The notes under the pieces were generated by a model that was given only the letters and a program-made list of their open reading frames with translations, did not search any database and was not told where the DNA came from. This document shows, one piece after another, positions 34,124 through 44,235 of a stretch of DNA of 64,000 bases. Positions within the stretch are counted from its first letter, which is position 1, and each line of letters starts with the position of its first letter. A program made the translations under genes and the position numbers. This stretch comes from an uncultured Methanosarcinales archaeon (GTDB lineage: Archaea; Nanobdellota; Nanobdellia; Woesearchaeales; CAYPCY01). The stretch covers positions 41,456-105,455 of the forward strand of contig CAYPCY010000001.1 in assembly GCA_964409385.1 (NCBI GenBank). The letters are read 5' to 3'.

Positions 34124-35098
34124 ATGACTTCAGGAATAGTATTGGCAGGAGGCGCAGCAAAAGATACTCCTAGTTTAGCATTAGCCAGGTGGTATTACGA
34201 AAAAGTTTATGGAGAAACTTACTATTGGGGAAAGTATAAGCCTCTTAAGAAAGTAAAGATAAAACAAGATGGTAAAATAATAAAACAACCAATGGTTGAT
34301 CTAGTTATTAAAAATTTGTCCAAGGCTAAATCTATTGATGAAATTATTGTTGTTGGAGAAGAAGAAAGATTAAACAAAATGCTTGATCTTACTAATTATT
34401 CAGTTCCTGTAAAATTTGTTCAACAAGTTGGTGCTATCGCAGAGAATATTTTGGAAGCTTATCATCATTCTAAAAGTGGAAAGAAAAATAAGAATGCTTT
34501 ATTCGTCCCATGTGACATTCCTAAGGCAATGCCTAATGATTACGACACTTTCATAAGAGCATGCTCTAATTATACTGCTGATTTATACTATGCGGTTATT
34601 GGCAAGGAAAGCATTAATGGAAAGTCTAAAATGTTTAATAGACCCTATTTTTGGGCGGTAGATGATGTTTTCAACACTACAAATCCTTATTTGGAAAAAC
34701 AGGGTTTCTTCAATAAAACAATCGATTTGTTTGTTAATGGCTTGGCCGTAATGACTGGAAATACTGAATTTTATCAGAATTCTAAGTCTTTAACTAGGGG
34801 GTTTAGACCTTCCAATATTGGTTTTGGAAATCCTAGGAAAGTAAAAAAGTTTGAAAACCTAAATTATATTTATAGAGTTAGGAAAGCTAAAGAAATATTC
34901 ACTGTTTTATCAATCTTTAAAGAAGCAATTCCTGAAACAATTGATTATTCTCGTGGCAGATTGAAAGTTTCTCAAATTAATAATACTTTTTCGAATTTTA
35001 TCGGTGGAGATGTTAAAATGGTTGAAGTTTTCAGTTCAGCAACTTCATTAGATATTGATTCTAAAGAAGATTCTGATGATAAGTATTGGACTCGTTAA
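34124..35098 (+). CDS. Nucleotidyltransferase-like protein (MobA/NTP-transferase-like N-terminus)
   Basis: GIVLAGGAAKD...ALFVPCDIP resembles the GxxLAGG...D.P pattern of MobA-like NTP transferases. Divergent. Confidence 0.35.
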   Translation: MTSGIVLAGGAAKDTPSLALARWYYEKVYGETYYWGKYKPLKKVKIKQDGKIIKQPMVDLVIKNLSKAKSIDEIIVVGEEERLNKMLDLTNYSVPVKFVQQVGAIAENILEAYHHSKSGKKNKNALFVPCDIPKAMPNDYDTFIRACSNYTADLYYAVIGKESINGKSKMFNRPYFWAVDDVFNTTNPYLEKQGFFNKTIDLFVNGLAVMTGNTEFYQNSKSLTRGFRPSNIGFGNPRKVKKFENLNYIYRVRKAKEIFTVLSIFKEAIPETIDYSRGRLKVSQINNTFSNFIGGDVKMVEVFSSATSLDIDSKEDSDDKYWTR

Positions 35099-35130
35099 TA
35101 TTTATAAGTTAATGATTTATTCTTTTTATT

Positions 35131-36060
35131 ATGTTAGTTAGAAGCGAAGCTACAACAAGCAAAGAATTCGGTTGTAAACCTTCCGAAAGGACTGTTGAAG
35201 ATAGTTTAAATTATGGAATCATTAATTTGGATAAACCTAAAGGACCTACCAGTCACCAAGCTGTTGATTATTTGAAAAAAATATTAAATATTTCCAAAGC
35301 GGGACATTCAGGAACTTTAGATCCTGGCGTTACTGGAGTATTACCTGTAGCTCTTGAAAGATCCACTAGGATCATTGGTCAAGTTTTGAAGGCTGGAAAG
35401 GAATATGTTTGTGTTATGCATTTGCATTCTGAAGTTTCTGAAGCAATTATTAAAAAAGCAGTTAAGGAAATGACAGGAAATATTAAGCAATTACCTCCTG
35501 TAAAATCCGCTGTTAAAAGACAAAAAAGATTTAGGAATGTTTACTCTGTAAATATATTAGAAATTGATGGTAAGGACGTGTTATTTACCATTTCTTGCCA
35601 GGCTGGAACTTATATTAGAAAATGGGTTCATGATTTCGGATTAAAAGTTAAAGTAAATGCGCACATGGCAGAATTAAGAAGAACAAAAGCAGGTCCTTTC
35701 ACTGAAGAAAACCTTGTTAGTTTGCATGACTTGTCTGATAATTATCATTTTTGGAAGGAAGGAAAAGATTGTTTGAAAATAATTCCTGTTGAAGATGCAA
35801 TTCCTCACTTGAAAAAAGTTTATGTTTTCGACAATTCTATTGACAGTTTATGCCACGGGGCTAATCTGAACCTTCCTGGAATTAGTAAGTTAGACGAGAA
35901 TATTGTGAAAGATGAAGAAATTGCTATTATGAGCTTGAAAGGAGAACTTGTTTGTTTAGGAAAGGCTGTCTTATCTAGTAAGGAACTGTTAGGTAGTAAA
36001 GGATTAGCTGTTAATTCACATACTGTATTCATGCTTCCAGGAACTTATCCTAAAAATTAA
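35131..36060 (+). CDS. cbf5: H/ACA RNP pseudouridine synthase Cbf5 (TruB family with PUA domain)
   Basis: INLDKPKGPTSHQAVDYLKKIL...AGHSGTLDPGVTGVLPVAL (catalytic Asp in GTLDP) plus a C-terminal PUA domain. Confidence 0.9.
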   Translation: MLVRSEATTSKEFGCKPSERTVEDSLNYGIINLDKPKGPTSHQAVDYLKKILNISKAGHSGTLDPGVTGVLPVALERSTRIIGQVLKAGKEYVCVMHLHSEVSEAIIKKAVKEMTGNIKQLPPVKSAVKRQKRFRNVYSVNILEIDGKDVLFTISCQAGTYIRKWVHDFGLKVKVNAHMAELRRTKAGPFTEENLVSLHDLSDNYHFWKEGKDCLKIIPVEDAIPHLKKVYVFDNSIDSLCHGANLNLPGISKLDENIVKDEEIAIMSLKGELVCLGKAVLSSKELLGSKGLAVNSHTVFMLPGTYPKN

Positions 36061-36315
36061 TATTATAGAAAACTTAATAAAAGACAAAATAAAAGTTAAT
36101 TATATGGATTATAGAAAACATCTAAAAGTAATGAGTACTGCCATAAGAAAAAGACAATTAGATATTTACACACTATTCAAAAAGAAATTGATGATTCATT
36201 AAACAAGGGACAAACACTTTCTGAATCTCAAATTAAGTCTTTAATTAAAATAATTGGTAAAGATAAACTTTTTAGGAAGTCTGAAACGATAAAAACAAGA
36301 ACTTTAAGACATTTA

Positions 36316-36930
36316 GTGTGGAAGACTAATCAAGGATTTATACATACAGAAAACGTGTTGAAGGCAGGATTTCCTGAATTGAAAGATTTGAAGACCGAAA
36401 AAGAAATAGTTAATGGATTTTCTAGAGACATGCTTGGCATGATTAAAGAAAGAAAAAGAACTTTAGAAAGACTTGATTCATACCTTGAATTAGAAGAAGC
36501 ATTTTTAGAAACTAAAGAAATAGAAAAATATAAAGATATTTTATCAACTGAAAAAGAATTATTATCACAATTAAACTTAGGAAATCAAAAAGCAGTAAAA
36601 ATAAAATCAAAATTTGTTTCTTTTATGAAATCATTTTATTCAGAACATAAGAAAACCCTTGAAGAACAGAAAAAAGAAGGTGCAGAGACAGCAATGTTAA
36701 GATTTGGAGCTGCTTTATCAACATTATTATTTGTTGGAAGTATAAGTCTTGCATTAATATTTTCAGACACGCCAGTTAGTCAAGACGAATTATTAACAGC
36801 CACAGCTGCTACAGGAGCTTTAACATTCTTTCCGATAATTCTTGCAAAAATAACTTTTTCTTCAATGAAAATTATGACTTCTTTAGATAATGTTAAAGTT
36901 TTATTATCTGGAGAAAAAAGAGAATTATAA
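36316..36930 (+). CDS. Hypothetical protein with a C-terminal TM segment (GTG start in the track; the true start is uncertain)
   Basis: ORF only. There is no in-frame ATG between the upstream stop at 36112 and 36316. Confidence 0.3.
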   Translation: MWKTNQGFIHTENVLKAGFPELKDLKTEKEIVNGFSRDMLGMIKERKRTLERLDSYLELEEAFLETKEIEKYKDILSTEKELLSQLNLGNQKAVKIKSKFVSFMKSFYSEHKKTLEEQKKEGAETAMLRFGAALSTLLFVGSISLALIFSDTPVSQDELLTATAATGALTFFPIILAKITFSSMKIMTSLDNVKVLLSGEKREL

Positions 36931-36931
36931 A

Positions 36932-37210
36932 TCAAACAGTGAACAATCTGGAATCTGTAACTTTAAATAATTGAATTCTAGCACCTGCATCAAGCCAACC
37001 ATGCGCATAGTTTAAAGCTCCATAAGCCAAAACAAAATCTCCTTTGTCCTTGAAATGTTTGGCATCTGAATAATACCTTTCTGCCATGTCTAAAAAGTCT
37101 AATGCTTGATCCTTCCTTTTAACAGCCATTTCTGAAGATTTAACTTTATCCAAGGCTTCTTTTGTAATACTAAAGTATTTGTCTAGTTTCTCTTCAGTTA
37201 TTTCCTTCAT
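36932..37210 (-). CDS. Conserved small archaeal protein of unknown function (DUF357-like, motif AYGALNYAHGWLDAG)
   Basis: 92 aa. The family assignment is from memory and is low-confidence. Confidence 0.3.
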   Translation of the reverse strand: MKEITEEKLDKYFSITKEALDKVKSSEMAVKRKDQALDFLDMAERYYSDAKHFKDKGDFVLAYGALNYAHGWLDAGARIQLFKVTDSRLFTV

Positions 37211-37379
37211 AAAAAGAAAGAATTATTAAATATTTAATAAATATTGTTTTTATTTCAGAAAAGTTTCAAAAACCAATTTTTAACATCATCAAAAACAGTT
37301 CCACTTTCTACAACTGTTGTTGCCAGTATTATTCCGACTTTTGAACTTTTCATCTTATAAACTTATAATCTTATACTAT

Positions 37380-37568
37380 TTATTTGTTTCCCAAGTAATA
37401 AGCTATTGTTAATCCAACTCCTGTTATTGATGGGTAAAGTAAATTATTGTAATCTAGTGTATTATCTAGTAATCCTACTGTTTGTTGAATTCCATAAACT
37501 AAACCACCATTCAACACAACTAATCCTAAGAATTTTGCTGAACTTTTAATTTTGTCTTCAAGACTCAT
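37380..37568 (-). CDS. Small membrane protein
   Basis: 62 aa, two hydrophobic segments. Confidence 0.25.
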   Translation of the reverse strand: MSLEDKIKSSAKFLGLVVLNGGLVYGIQQTVGLLDNTLDYNNLLYPSITGVGLTIAYYLGNK

Positions 37569-37645
37569 AATGTAATCCTAAAATAAAGACATATATATAT
37601 ATATTTTTAACAAAATATTTAAAACAAGCATTATAAAATAAGTCT

Positions 37646-38119
37646 ATGAGAACTTCAATCAGAACGGGTTTGAGCTTTGGATTAAATTCTGGAGTTATTA
37701 CAACCTTGGGTTTGATGATTGGATTAAACGCTAGTACTGGTTCTAAACTTGCAGTTACGGGCGGTATCTTAACTATTGCAATTGCAGATGCATTATCTGA
37801 TGCTGTTGGAATTCAAGCTAGTGAGGAATGCAAGGTTAAATATACAAGAAATGAAATTTGGCAGGCGGGAATTACTACTTTCTTCGCTAAATTCATTTTT
37901 GCTTTAACTTTCTTAATACCTGTTGTATTATTTGACTTACCTTCTGCTATTAAAGTAAGTATTGCTTGGGCATTGTTATTAATAACTTTATTCAGTATTT
38001 ACATCGCAAAACTAGAAAAAAGCAGTATTTCAAAATCAATAGCAAGGCATGTACTTCTTACAATTATAGTTATTATCCTTGCACAACTAGCTGGAAATTT
38101 AATTAATAAAATGTTCTAG
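37646..38119 (+). CDS. VIT1/CCC1-family membrane protein (putative iron/manganese transporter)
   Basis: GLNSGVITTLGLMIGL...AIADALSDAVG resembles the VIT-family G..DGL.....L..G and A.A.S glycine-rich TM motifs. Confidence 0.45.
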   Translation: MRTSIRTGLSFGLNSGVITTLGLMIGLNASTGSKLAVTGGILTIAIADALSDAVGIQASEECKVKYTRNEIWQAGITTFFAKFIFALTFLIPVVLFDLPSAIKVSIAWALLLITLFSIYIAKLEKSSISKSIARHVLLTIIVIILAQLAGNLINKMF

Positions 38120-38204
38120 AAGTTCAAATTAAATTCTATAATTTCGTAAATAAACAAGTTTTTTCATAAGTTTACTTTTAGTATTCTTGTTTTAATAATT
38201 TAAC

Positions 38205-38516
38205 ATGTTTAAAGTTATTAGAACAAATACTTACATGAACGAAATTAAAAATTGGCCTAAACAATATAAACTTTCTGAAGATAAATTACCTTTAAAACTA
38301 TCATTAAATCCTTTTTCAGGTTCACAATTAAGTTTTTCTTTTTTAAGAGAGAAAAGAATTCGTGAAAAAAGAATTTATTATTTAATTTATGAAGATTTAA
38401 AACTAGTATTATTAGTTGCTACCAGTTCTAAAAAAACACAACAAAAAACTATTGATAATATTAAAGAAGAATTGAAAGAATTTAGAAAAGTTGCCGAGTC
38501 TATAATGCTCTACTAA
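38205..38516 (+). CDS. RelE/ParE-like toxin-fold protein (candidate type II toxin), apparently orphan
   Basis: C-terminal REKRIYYLIYEDLKLVLLVATSSKK resembles the RelE/ParE core (R..R.IY......V.VL.IGHR). Confidence 0.35.
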   Translation: MFKVIRTNTYMNEIKNWPKQYKLSEDKLPLKLSLNPFSGSQLSFSFLREKRIREKRIYYLIYEDLKLVLLVATSSKKTQQKTIDNIKEELKEFRKVAESIMLY

Positions 38517-38742
38517 ATCTTCCTTTTTTTAAATCTTCTAAACTCTCATTAAACTGTCTAACTACATCATCATCTAATTTTTTTAATCTTCCATAATCTT
38601 TTTTTGAAATCTTGACAGTTTCCATTACCTAAATTAGGTATTTTATTATTTTATAAATTTTACTAGTAAAAATAAGAAAATATTCTATAATAAACTGTTT
38701 TAAAACAAAAACTTTATATACGCTAGTTTAACATGTTAGAAT

Positions 38743-39144
38743 ATGGCTTTAGAAACAACTTTACAACTTAGCGGCGCAGTAGTTATGGGTTTAGTTATTG
38801 GATTACTTGAAGTGATCTTTGTGCATGCTGATGAGAGAGGTTTGGGCTGGCTTTCTCATGCTATTCACGCGTTACCAGTCACTATAATTTTTGTTTTTAT
38901 TGCTATGAATGCGCCTTATGTTCTTGGATTAATAAACTTAGCAATTAATGCATGGATTACTATTGGTGTTCAAGTTCTTATTGCTATTATTGCAATGATT
39001 AAGATTGGAGGGGCAGCAGCAATAACTGGAAAAGTGGGAGAAAAAAAGAGTCATATTCTAATTATTGGTATTCTTGTTGGTGCATCACCTTACATTTGGC
39101 AGTATGGTTTAGAGCCTATTCTAGGACCTTTAATACCCTTCTAA
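38743..39144 (+). CDS. Integral membrane protein
   Basis: 4 TM segments. The stop is 1 nt before the next start. Confidence 0.35.
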   Translation: MALETTLQLSGAVVMGLVIGLLEVIFVHADERGLGWLSHAIHALPVTIIFVFIAMNAPYVLGLINLAINAWITIGVQVLIAIIAMIKIGGAAAITGKVGEKKSHILIIGILVGASPYIWQYGLEPILGPLIPF

Positions 39145-39145
39145 A

Positions 39146-39979
39146 ATGAGAGTCGGCGGTCAAGCATTGATTGAAGGAGTTATGATGAAAACTTCTGACG
39201 CGTATTCTATGGCTGTTAGAAAACCTACTGGTAAAATAGTAACAGTTAAAAAAACATTTAAGAGTTTAACAAAAAAAAGGCCTTATAGTCTGCCTTTCAT
39301 CAGAGGTATTATTATATTGGGAGAAATGCTAGGTATTGGCTTTAAAGCATTAAATTTCTCAGCTAGGGTTTCTGGTCAGGAAGATGAAGAATTAAGTCCT
39401 GCTGCTACTTTTTTCACAATTGCAGCATCAATAGTTTTTGTTATTTTAATCTTTAAATTATTTCCTTTAATGATTGCTAATTTTATTTCTCCAAACAATT
39501 ATTTTCTTTATAATTTAACAGATGGAGTTTCTAAACTATTACTTTTCTTAATTTATTTATTATTGATTTCTAGGATGAAGGATGTTCAGACTACCTTTCA
39601 ATATCATGGTGCTGAGCATAAGGCAATTCATTGTTATGAAAGTAAGAAAAAATTAACCATTAAAAATGTTCAATCTTTCCAAACAATGCATCCTCGTTGT
39701 GGAACTTCTTTCATTGCATGGGTTATTCTATCAAGTGTTATTATTTACATGATTATTCCTTTAAATTTTGGATTCTTAGGAAAATTACTAACAAGAATTT
39801 TATTACTACCAATTATTGCAGGTATTTCTTATGAATTATTAAGATTAACGGCTGGAGATAACATACTTTCAAGAATTCTAGCACTTCCAGGAATTTTGAT
39901 TCAAAAAATTACTACTAAAGAACCTTCTACTAGACAGGTTGAAGTTGCCATTGCTGCTTTGAATAAGGTAGTAAAATAG
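39146..39979 (+). CDS. DUF1385-family membrane metal-dependent protein
   Basis: GGQALIEGVMMK, HGAEHKAIH and HPRCGTSF motifs typical of DUF1385. Confidence 0.55.
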   Translation: MRVGGQALIEGVMMKTSDAYSMAVRKPTGKIVTVKKTFKSLTKKRPYSLPFIRGIIILGEMLGIGFKALNFSARVSGQEDEELSPAATFFTIAASIVFVILIFKLFPLMIANFISPNNYFLYNLTDGVSKLLLFLIYLLLISRMKDVQTTFQYHGAEHKAIHCYESKKKLTIKNVQSFQTMHPRCGTSFIAWVILSSVIIYMIIPLNFGFLGKLLTRILLLPIIAGISYELLRLTAGDNILSRILALPGILIQKITTKEPSTRQVEVAIAALNKVVK

Positions 39980-40014
39980 AAAACTATAAATAGAATTTCA
40001 CCACAATATCTATT

Positions 40015-40272
40015 ATGTCTAATGAAAAAACCACTACTATTTTACTAGTCACTCTTTTTGCTTTTGCATTAGGATTTACTGCAGCCACAATTAGCGACAA
40101 GAACATTGTAGGTTTTGGTTTTGAATCATTACAGGGGAACTGGCAGATTTACTGTCAAAAACCCACACCTTCAGTGTATGTTTGTAATGGAGGTAGTGAA
40201 GAAAATAATATTGTAAATTGTTGTGCATCAGAACATACTATGCTTTATGCAGAATGGGCACCTACTGGTTAA
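40015..40272 (+). CDS. Small secreted Cys-containing protein
   Basis: Signal/TM segment plus 5 Cys. Confidence 0.3.
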   Translation: MSNEKTTTILLVTLFAFALGFTAATISDKNIVGFGFESLQGNWQIYCQKPTPSVYVCNGGSEENNIVNCCASEHTMLYAEWAPTG

Positions 40273-40585
40273 CAACATACAATTCTGGAGTCCAATTCTT
40301 AATTTTTGTTTCTAATCGTTTATATTCTTCCTTCTTAACTATTTGTCTCATAAAAGGAACTAATTGTTTTAATTCTTTCTTTAGATTTTCTAGTTTACTT
40401 CTTATTATTTCTAGTTGTTCTGCAGAATATTTTAATGCTTCCCTTCTTTGAAAACTATTACTGTATATTTGTCTTGACATTCTTTCTATTCTTGCTATTA
40501 ACTTTATTGAACTTTCTGAAAGATTAATTGTGCTTTCTTCTATGAATTCTATATTTCTTACTATTTCTCTATACATTTCATCCAT
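40262..40585 (-). CDS. Hypothetical coiled-coil protein
   Basis: ORF only. Confidence 0.3.
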   Translation of the reverse strand: MDEMYREIVRNIEFIEESTINLSESSIKLIARIERMSRQIYSNSFQRREALKYSAEQLEIIRSKLENLKKELKQLVPFMRQIVKKEEYKRLETKIKNWTPELYVVNQ

Positions 40586-40671
40586 ACTATCTTCTTAATT
40601 GATTAACTATTTATTTTTTTCCAAAAGATATTTAAACAAATAAAGCTAATTTTTTAGGAAAGAGGTGTATA

Positions 40672-41733
40672 TTGGCAGATAATGAAGATATTGGAATTCC
40701 AGCTCCTGAAAAGACATTACCAGCTTTAGATGCTGATGAAGAATCATTATTAGAACCTGATAATTCTCCTCCTGCTTTAGAAGATCATATTGATAATTTT
40801 GAAAAATCTTCTGAAGATAAAGAAGTTGTTAAAGAAGAAATTTCTAATATTGAACTTCCTAAGGAAACTTTAGAGTCTCCAAAGGAAGATACAATTCCTA
40901 ATATTGAAACTAAGTTAGAAGCTGCAACTCCAAAAAAGGGTTTTTTTCAGAATATTAAAGAAAAATTCAGTAAGCAAGAAACTAAACTACCTACACCTGT
41001 TAAGATAGAACCTGTAAGAACAGAACCTGAACTTCCTAAAGAAGAACTTGTTGAAGAACCAAAAGAGACAGAATTGCCTCCTGAAGTTGAAGGGAAGAAA
41101 ATTTCTGACATTATTGAAAAAGTAAAGGATAAAGAAGATGATATTAGAAAGCGAGAAAATTTACTTATTATAAAAAGGGAGGAACTCAAGCATAAATCAT
41201 TAGATTTGAAGGGTATGGAGTCTGAAATTAATAATAGACTTACTAAGCTTGAAGAATTAGAAAAATTAATTAGTAGTAAAGAGGGAGAATTAGCGTATAA
41301 AGAAGAGTTAATTGCTGAAAAGGAAAAACAAATTCTTGAAATTGAAGATTATGTTAAAAAAATTCAAGAAAAGAGGATTAAACAGGATGTTTTTATTGAG
41401 ACTACTGCTAAGAAGCTTGATGAAAAGTCTATGTTTAAGAATTTCCTTCATGAGAAAATTCTTCCTAAAGAAGAAATTCCTTCTATGGATATGGAATTTG
41501 ATAATTTTTCTGAACGTTTAGATAAAATTCAAATTTTTAATTTAGTAGATTATGCTTATTCTTTATTAAGGGAAGGTAATTATTCTGAGGCTAGAAAAGT
41601 TTATTCTCGGTTAAGATTGAAATTTAAGAATTCAAGACTTGATTCTGTTGAGAAAGCAGTGGCATTGACTGCTGTTAAAAGCTTATATTTTGATTTAAGA
41701 TCTTATTCTGAAGGTCTTGTTTCTAGCCAATAA
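40672..41733 (+). CDS. Acidic, Glu/Lys-rich coiled-coil protein
   Basis: PE/KE-rich low-complexity N-half and a coiled-coil C-half. Confidence 0.35.
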   Translation: MADNEDIGIPAPEKTLPALDADEESLLEPDNSPPALEDHIDNFEKSSEDKEVVKEEISNIELPKETLESPKEDTIPNIETKLEAATPKKGFFQNIKEKFSKQETKLPTPVKIEPVRTEPELPKEELVEEPKETELPPEVEGKKISDIIEKVKDKEDDIRKRENLLIIKREELKHKSLDLKGMESEINNRLTKLEELEKLISSKEGELAYKEELIAEKEKQILEIEDYVKKIQEKRIKQDVFIETTAKKLDEKSMFKNFLHEKILPKEEIPSMDMEFDNFSERLDKIQIFNLVDYAYSLLREGNYSEARKVYSRLRLKFKNSRLDSVEKAVALTAVKSLYFDLRSYSEGLVSSQ

Positions 41734-42746
41734 TCGTCATACATAAATTTTGTTTGTAGAAATTGTTCAATTACATAAATTTCTGATTTCATATGATTAG
41801 TTGTTTTTTCCATTATTATTTTGCTTCCTGGAAGTAATCCCATTATTATTAATACTTGATCAGCCATATGTTTGTCTATAGAATTTACTGATTTCACTTC
41901 TTTATCTAAATTTTCTGAAGCTACTCTTCCTATTTGTTCGGGAGTTCTAAATCCATCATCTAAAAAATCGGTTCCTATAACAACATCCTCAAATATTCCC
42001 CATAGTGTAATTCCTGAACCTTTATTTGCTGATTTTGAGTATTCATTTCTTACATCTGCATTAAATATTAGTCTTGGTGGTCTTGCTTGTTTTTCAGTGG
42101 TTTGTTCTTCTATTTGGTCTTGCGATGCGTGACTTACTCCTTTTACATGTAATAATTCTCCTTTTTCTCTTAATTTTAATGGTTCAAAACTTGTTCTTAT
42201 TTTTTTTAAGAATTCTTCTGCAGTATGTTTTGATCTATGAATTCTTGCTTTGAAAATGAATTCGCATTCTCCTTGTCCATTAGGGAAATATCCTCTTTTT
42301 GATATTGTTGCTTGAAATTTACAGTATTTATTCAGGAAATTTCCGTAAACATTCACGAAATAGTCATAACTGGGGCTCCATTTAACATCAGTTCCTCCTT
42401 TTATTTTTACTTTTGAATCCATAAACATTAGTAGTGGACTTAATGCTTGCATTACTAGTGTTATTGAACCTGCCGTTGTTATTTCTATATTCAAGTTTTT
42501 TTGAACTAGTGTTTTTGGAGTGAATTCTACTTCTTCACTTCCTAGACTTGCTCCTTTTATTTCTGCATTTGTTAATTCTTGTATTGCTTTTAGAACGTGT
42601 AAATGTTGATTTTTTATTCCTGGTGTTTTTCTTCCTTTCCTTATATTTACTATTTTGAAGGGTTTTCTTGTTAATGCACTTAGTGAAACTGCTGTTCTTA
42701 ACATTTGACCTCCTCCTTCATATAAGCTACCGTCTAGTTCTATCAT
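41703..42746 (-). CDS. rtcA: RNA 3'-terminal phosphate cyclase
   Basis: IELDGSLYEGGGQMLRTAVSLSALT..PFKIVNIRKGRKTPGIKNQHLHVL matches the RtcA N-terminal signature. Confidence 0.85.
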   Translation of the reverse strand: MIELDGSLYEGGGQMLRTAVSLSALTRKPFKIVNIRKGRKTPGIKNQHLHVLKAIQELTNAEIKGASLGSEEVEFTPKTLVQKNLNIEITTAGSITLVMQALSPLLMFMDSKVKIKGGTDVKWSPSYDYFVNVYGNFLNKYCKFQATISKRGYFPNGQGECEFIFKARIHRSKHTAEEFLKKIRTSFEPLKLREKGELLHVKGVSHASQDQIEEQTTEKQARPPRLIFNADVRNEYSKSANKGSGITLWGIFEDVVIGTDFLDDGFRTPEQIGRVASENLDKEVKSVNSIDKHMADQVLIIMGLLPGSKIIMEKTTNHMKSEIYVIEQFLQTKFMYDDYWLETRPSE

Positions 42747-42814
42747 GATTTATTGTAGTCTTTCATGTTTAAAAAGCTAACAGATTGAATTAATTACTAG
42801 TTAGTGACAAAAAG

Positions 42815-42829
42815 AACAAGTTTTATAAA
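42815..42829 (+). promoter_or_regulatory. TATA box (GAACAAGTTTTATAAAT) 22 nt upstream of ATG 42852; leaderless
   Basis: Same motif family as 17745. Confidence 0.35.
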
Positions 42830-42851
42830 TGATTAAAGCAAAAAAAGAAAC

Positions 42852-44234
42852 ATGCTTGCTAAAGAAATAGACATAATAATTTTTAGTATAATAAGTGGTA
42901 GAAGATTTACTGAAAATTTTAGAGAAACTTACTCACACTATCGATTAGCTTTGGATTCTTCAAACCTAAACATAAAATATCATAATACTGATGATAGATT
43001 ATATAAAGATCTTAAATCAAGAGAAACACTTCCATCATTAATTATTTATGAGTTACGTAATTTTCCAGCAATGGATACTGAATGGTGGTTATTTCATAAA
43101 GTAGTAAATAAAAAATTTCCAGGAATTAAGAAAATTGCTAGCTTAGGTAAAATAAAAAAACCAGAGAATTATCTTCATTCTTCTCTTTCTGATGAGAAGA
43201 TAATATTTAAGGAACAAATTGCTTACAAAAAACCTTTCGGAAAGGAATATCTTGAAGAAATATTAAATCCTAAGAATCACATAATTAAAACAAAAAAGAA
43301 AGAATTAATACCTTCTAAAAAAAACTTATTTGATAAAGTTGATGAACTCTTAGATCTTGGATTCAGAGGGTTTGTTTATACTCCTATCATTGATTTTCTT
43401 CTCCAAACTGAAGCAAAAAGTTTACTGAAATTTAATCTTAATGTCCAACCTTCAAAACTATATTTAATTGTTGCGCCTTCTGGTTTTGGAAAAACTTCTT
43501 TAATTGAAGAATTAAAATACTGCGGAGTTAAACAAACTCCTAAAATAACTACAAGACCATATAGACCATTAATAAATCCAAGAAATAAAGTTTTATACGA
43601 ACCACTAATCGAGGAATTCAATGAAGAACTAAAAGAAGAATTTGGAAAAAACTATGAAGAAAAAGTTCTTACAGAACTATCTAAAGAATTCACAAATACT
43701 AAAGATCCTGAATCCGAATCCATAATTCAGGAAATTTTTGAAATTCTTTCTGACAAACAATCAAGAAATAATTATAAGGAGAAAGGAATAAAATCAATAA
43801 AACCATCTAAATTCACTAAACAAGTTAAAGATGGGAAAATTCTAGGTTCTCACTTGTACAAAGGAAATCTGTATGGCTTTGAAAAGAAAAAATTTGATAA
43901 ACTTGTAGATTCAACAGATCAATATGTTTTCGACATTTGCGACTTAGATACTGCTCTTAAAGTTAGAGAAGAAAATGAAGGAAGGGTTGAAATAATTGGG
44001 ATTTTTCCTTCATTATTATTCGCAGGATTTGGTCTAGAGAAAAAAATTGAAAATTATAAACTAATAAATAAATATTCTTCTTACATAATGCGAGAAACTA
44101 AAAATAGATTAAATCAAATAATTGCAGATTCGAGATTCATTGAAGAAAACCATGACAAATTCGATCTTATCTTAGATAAAGACACGATAAGAGAAAACAG
44201 AAACACAATGTTAGAGTATATGAGTAGAAATTAA
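42852..44234 (+). CDS. Guanylate-kinase-like P-loop protein, paralog 1 (460 aa, with an ~190-aa N-terminal extension)
   Basis: VAPSGFGKTSL (P-loop)...KITTRPYRP (cf. GMP kinase TTR.PR.GE)...YKGNLYGF...DICDLDTALKVRE. Confidence 0.5.
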   Translation: MLAKEIDIIIFSIISGRRFTENFRETYSHYRLALDSSNLNIKYHNTDDRLYKDLKSRETLPSLIIYELRNFPAMDTEWWLFHKVVNKKFPGIKKIASLGKIKKPENYLHSSLSDEKIIFKEQIAYKKPFGKEYLEEILNPKNHIIKTKKKELIPSKKNLFDKVDELLDLGFRGFVYTPIIDFLLQTEAKSLLKFNLNVQPSKLYLIVAPSGFGKTSLIEELKYCGVKQTPKITTRPYRPLINPRNKVLYEPLIEEFNEELKEEFGKNYEEKVLTELSKEFTNTKDPESESIIQEIFEILSDKQSRNNYKEKGIKSIKPSKFTKQVKDGKILGSHLYKGNLYGFEKKKFDKLVDSTDQYVFDICDLDTALKVREENEGRVEIIGIFPSLLFAGFGLEKKIENYKLINKYSSYIMRETKNRLNQIIADSRFIEENHDKFDLILDKDTIRENRNTMLEYMSRN

Positions 44235-44235
44235 A

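Noticed and set aside
36061-36315. Gap after cbf5 inspected for an H/ACA guide RNA
   Set aside because: No convincing hairpin, pseudouridylation pocket or ACA box 3 nt from a 3' end could be identified by eye. Only short ORF fragments are present.
37211-37379. 32-aa minus-strand ORF (MKSSKVGIILATTVVESGTVFDDVKNWFLKLF) in the intergenic region
   Set aside because: It is too short and has no recognisable motif. It could be a small membrane peptide, but there is no support.
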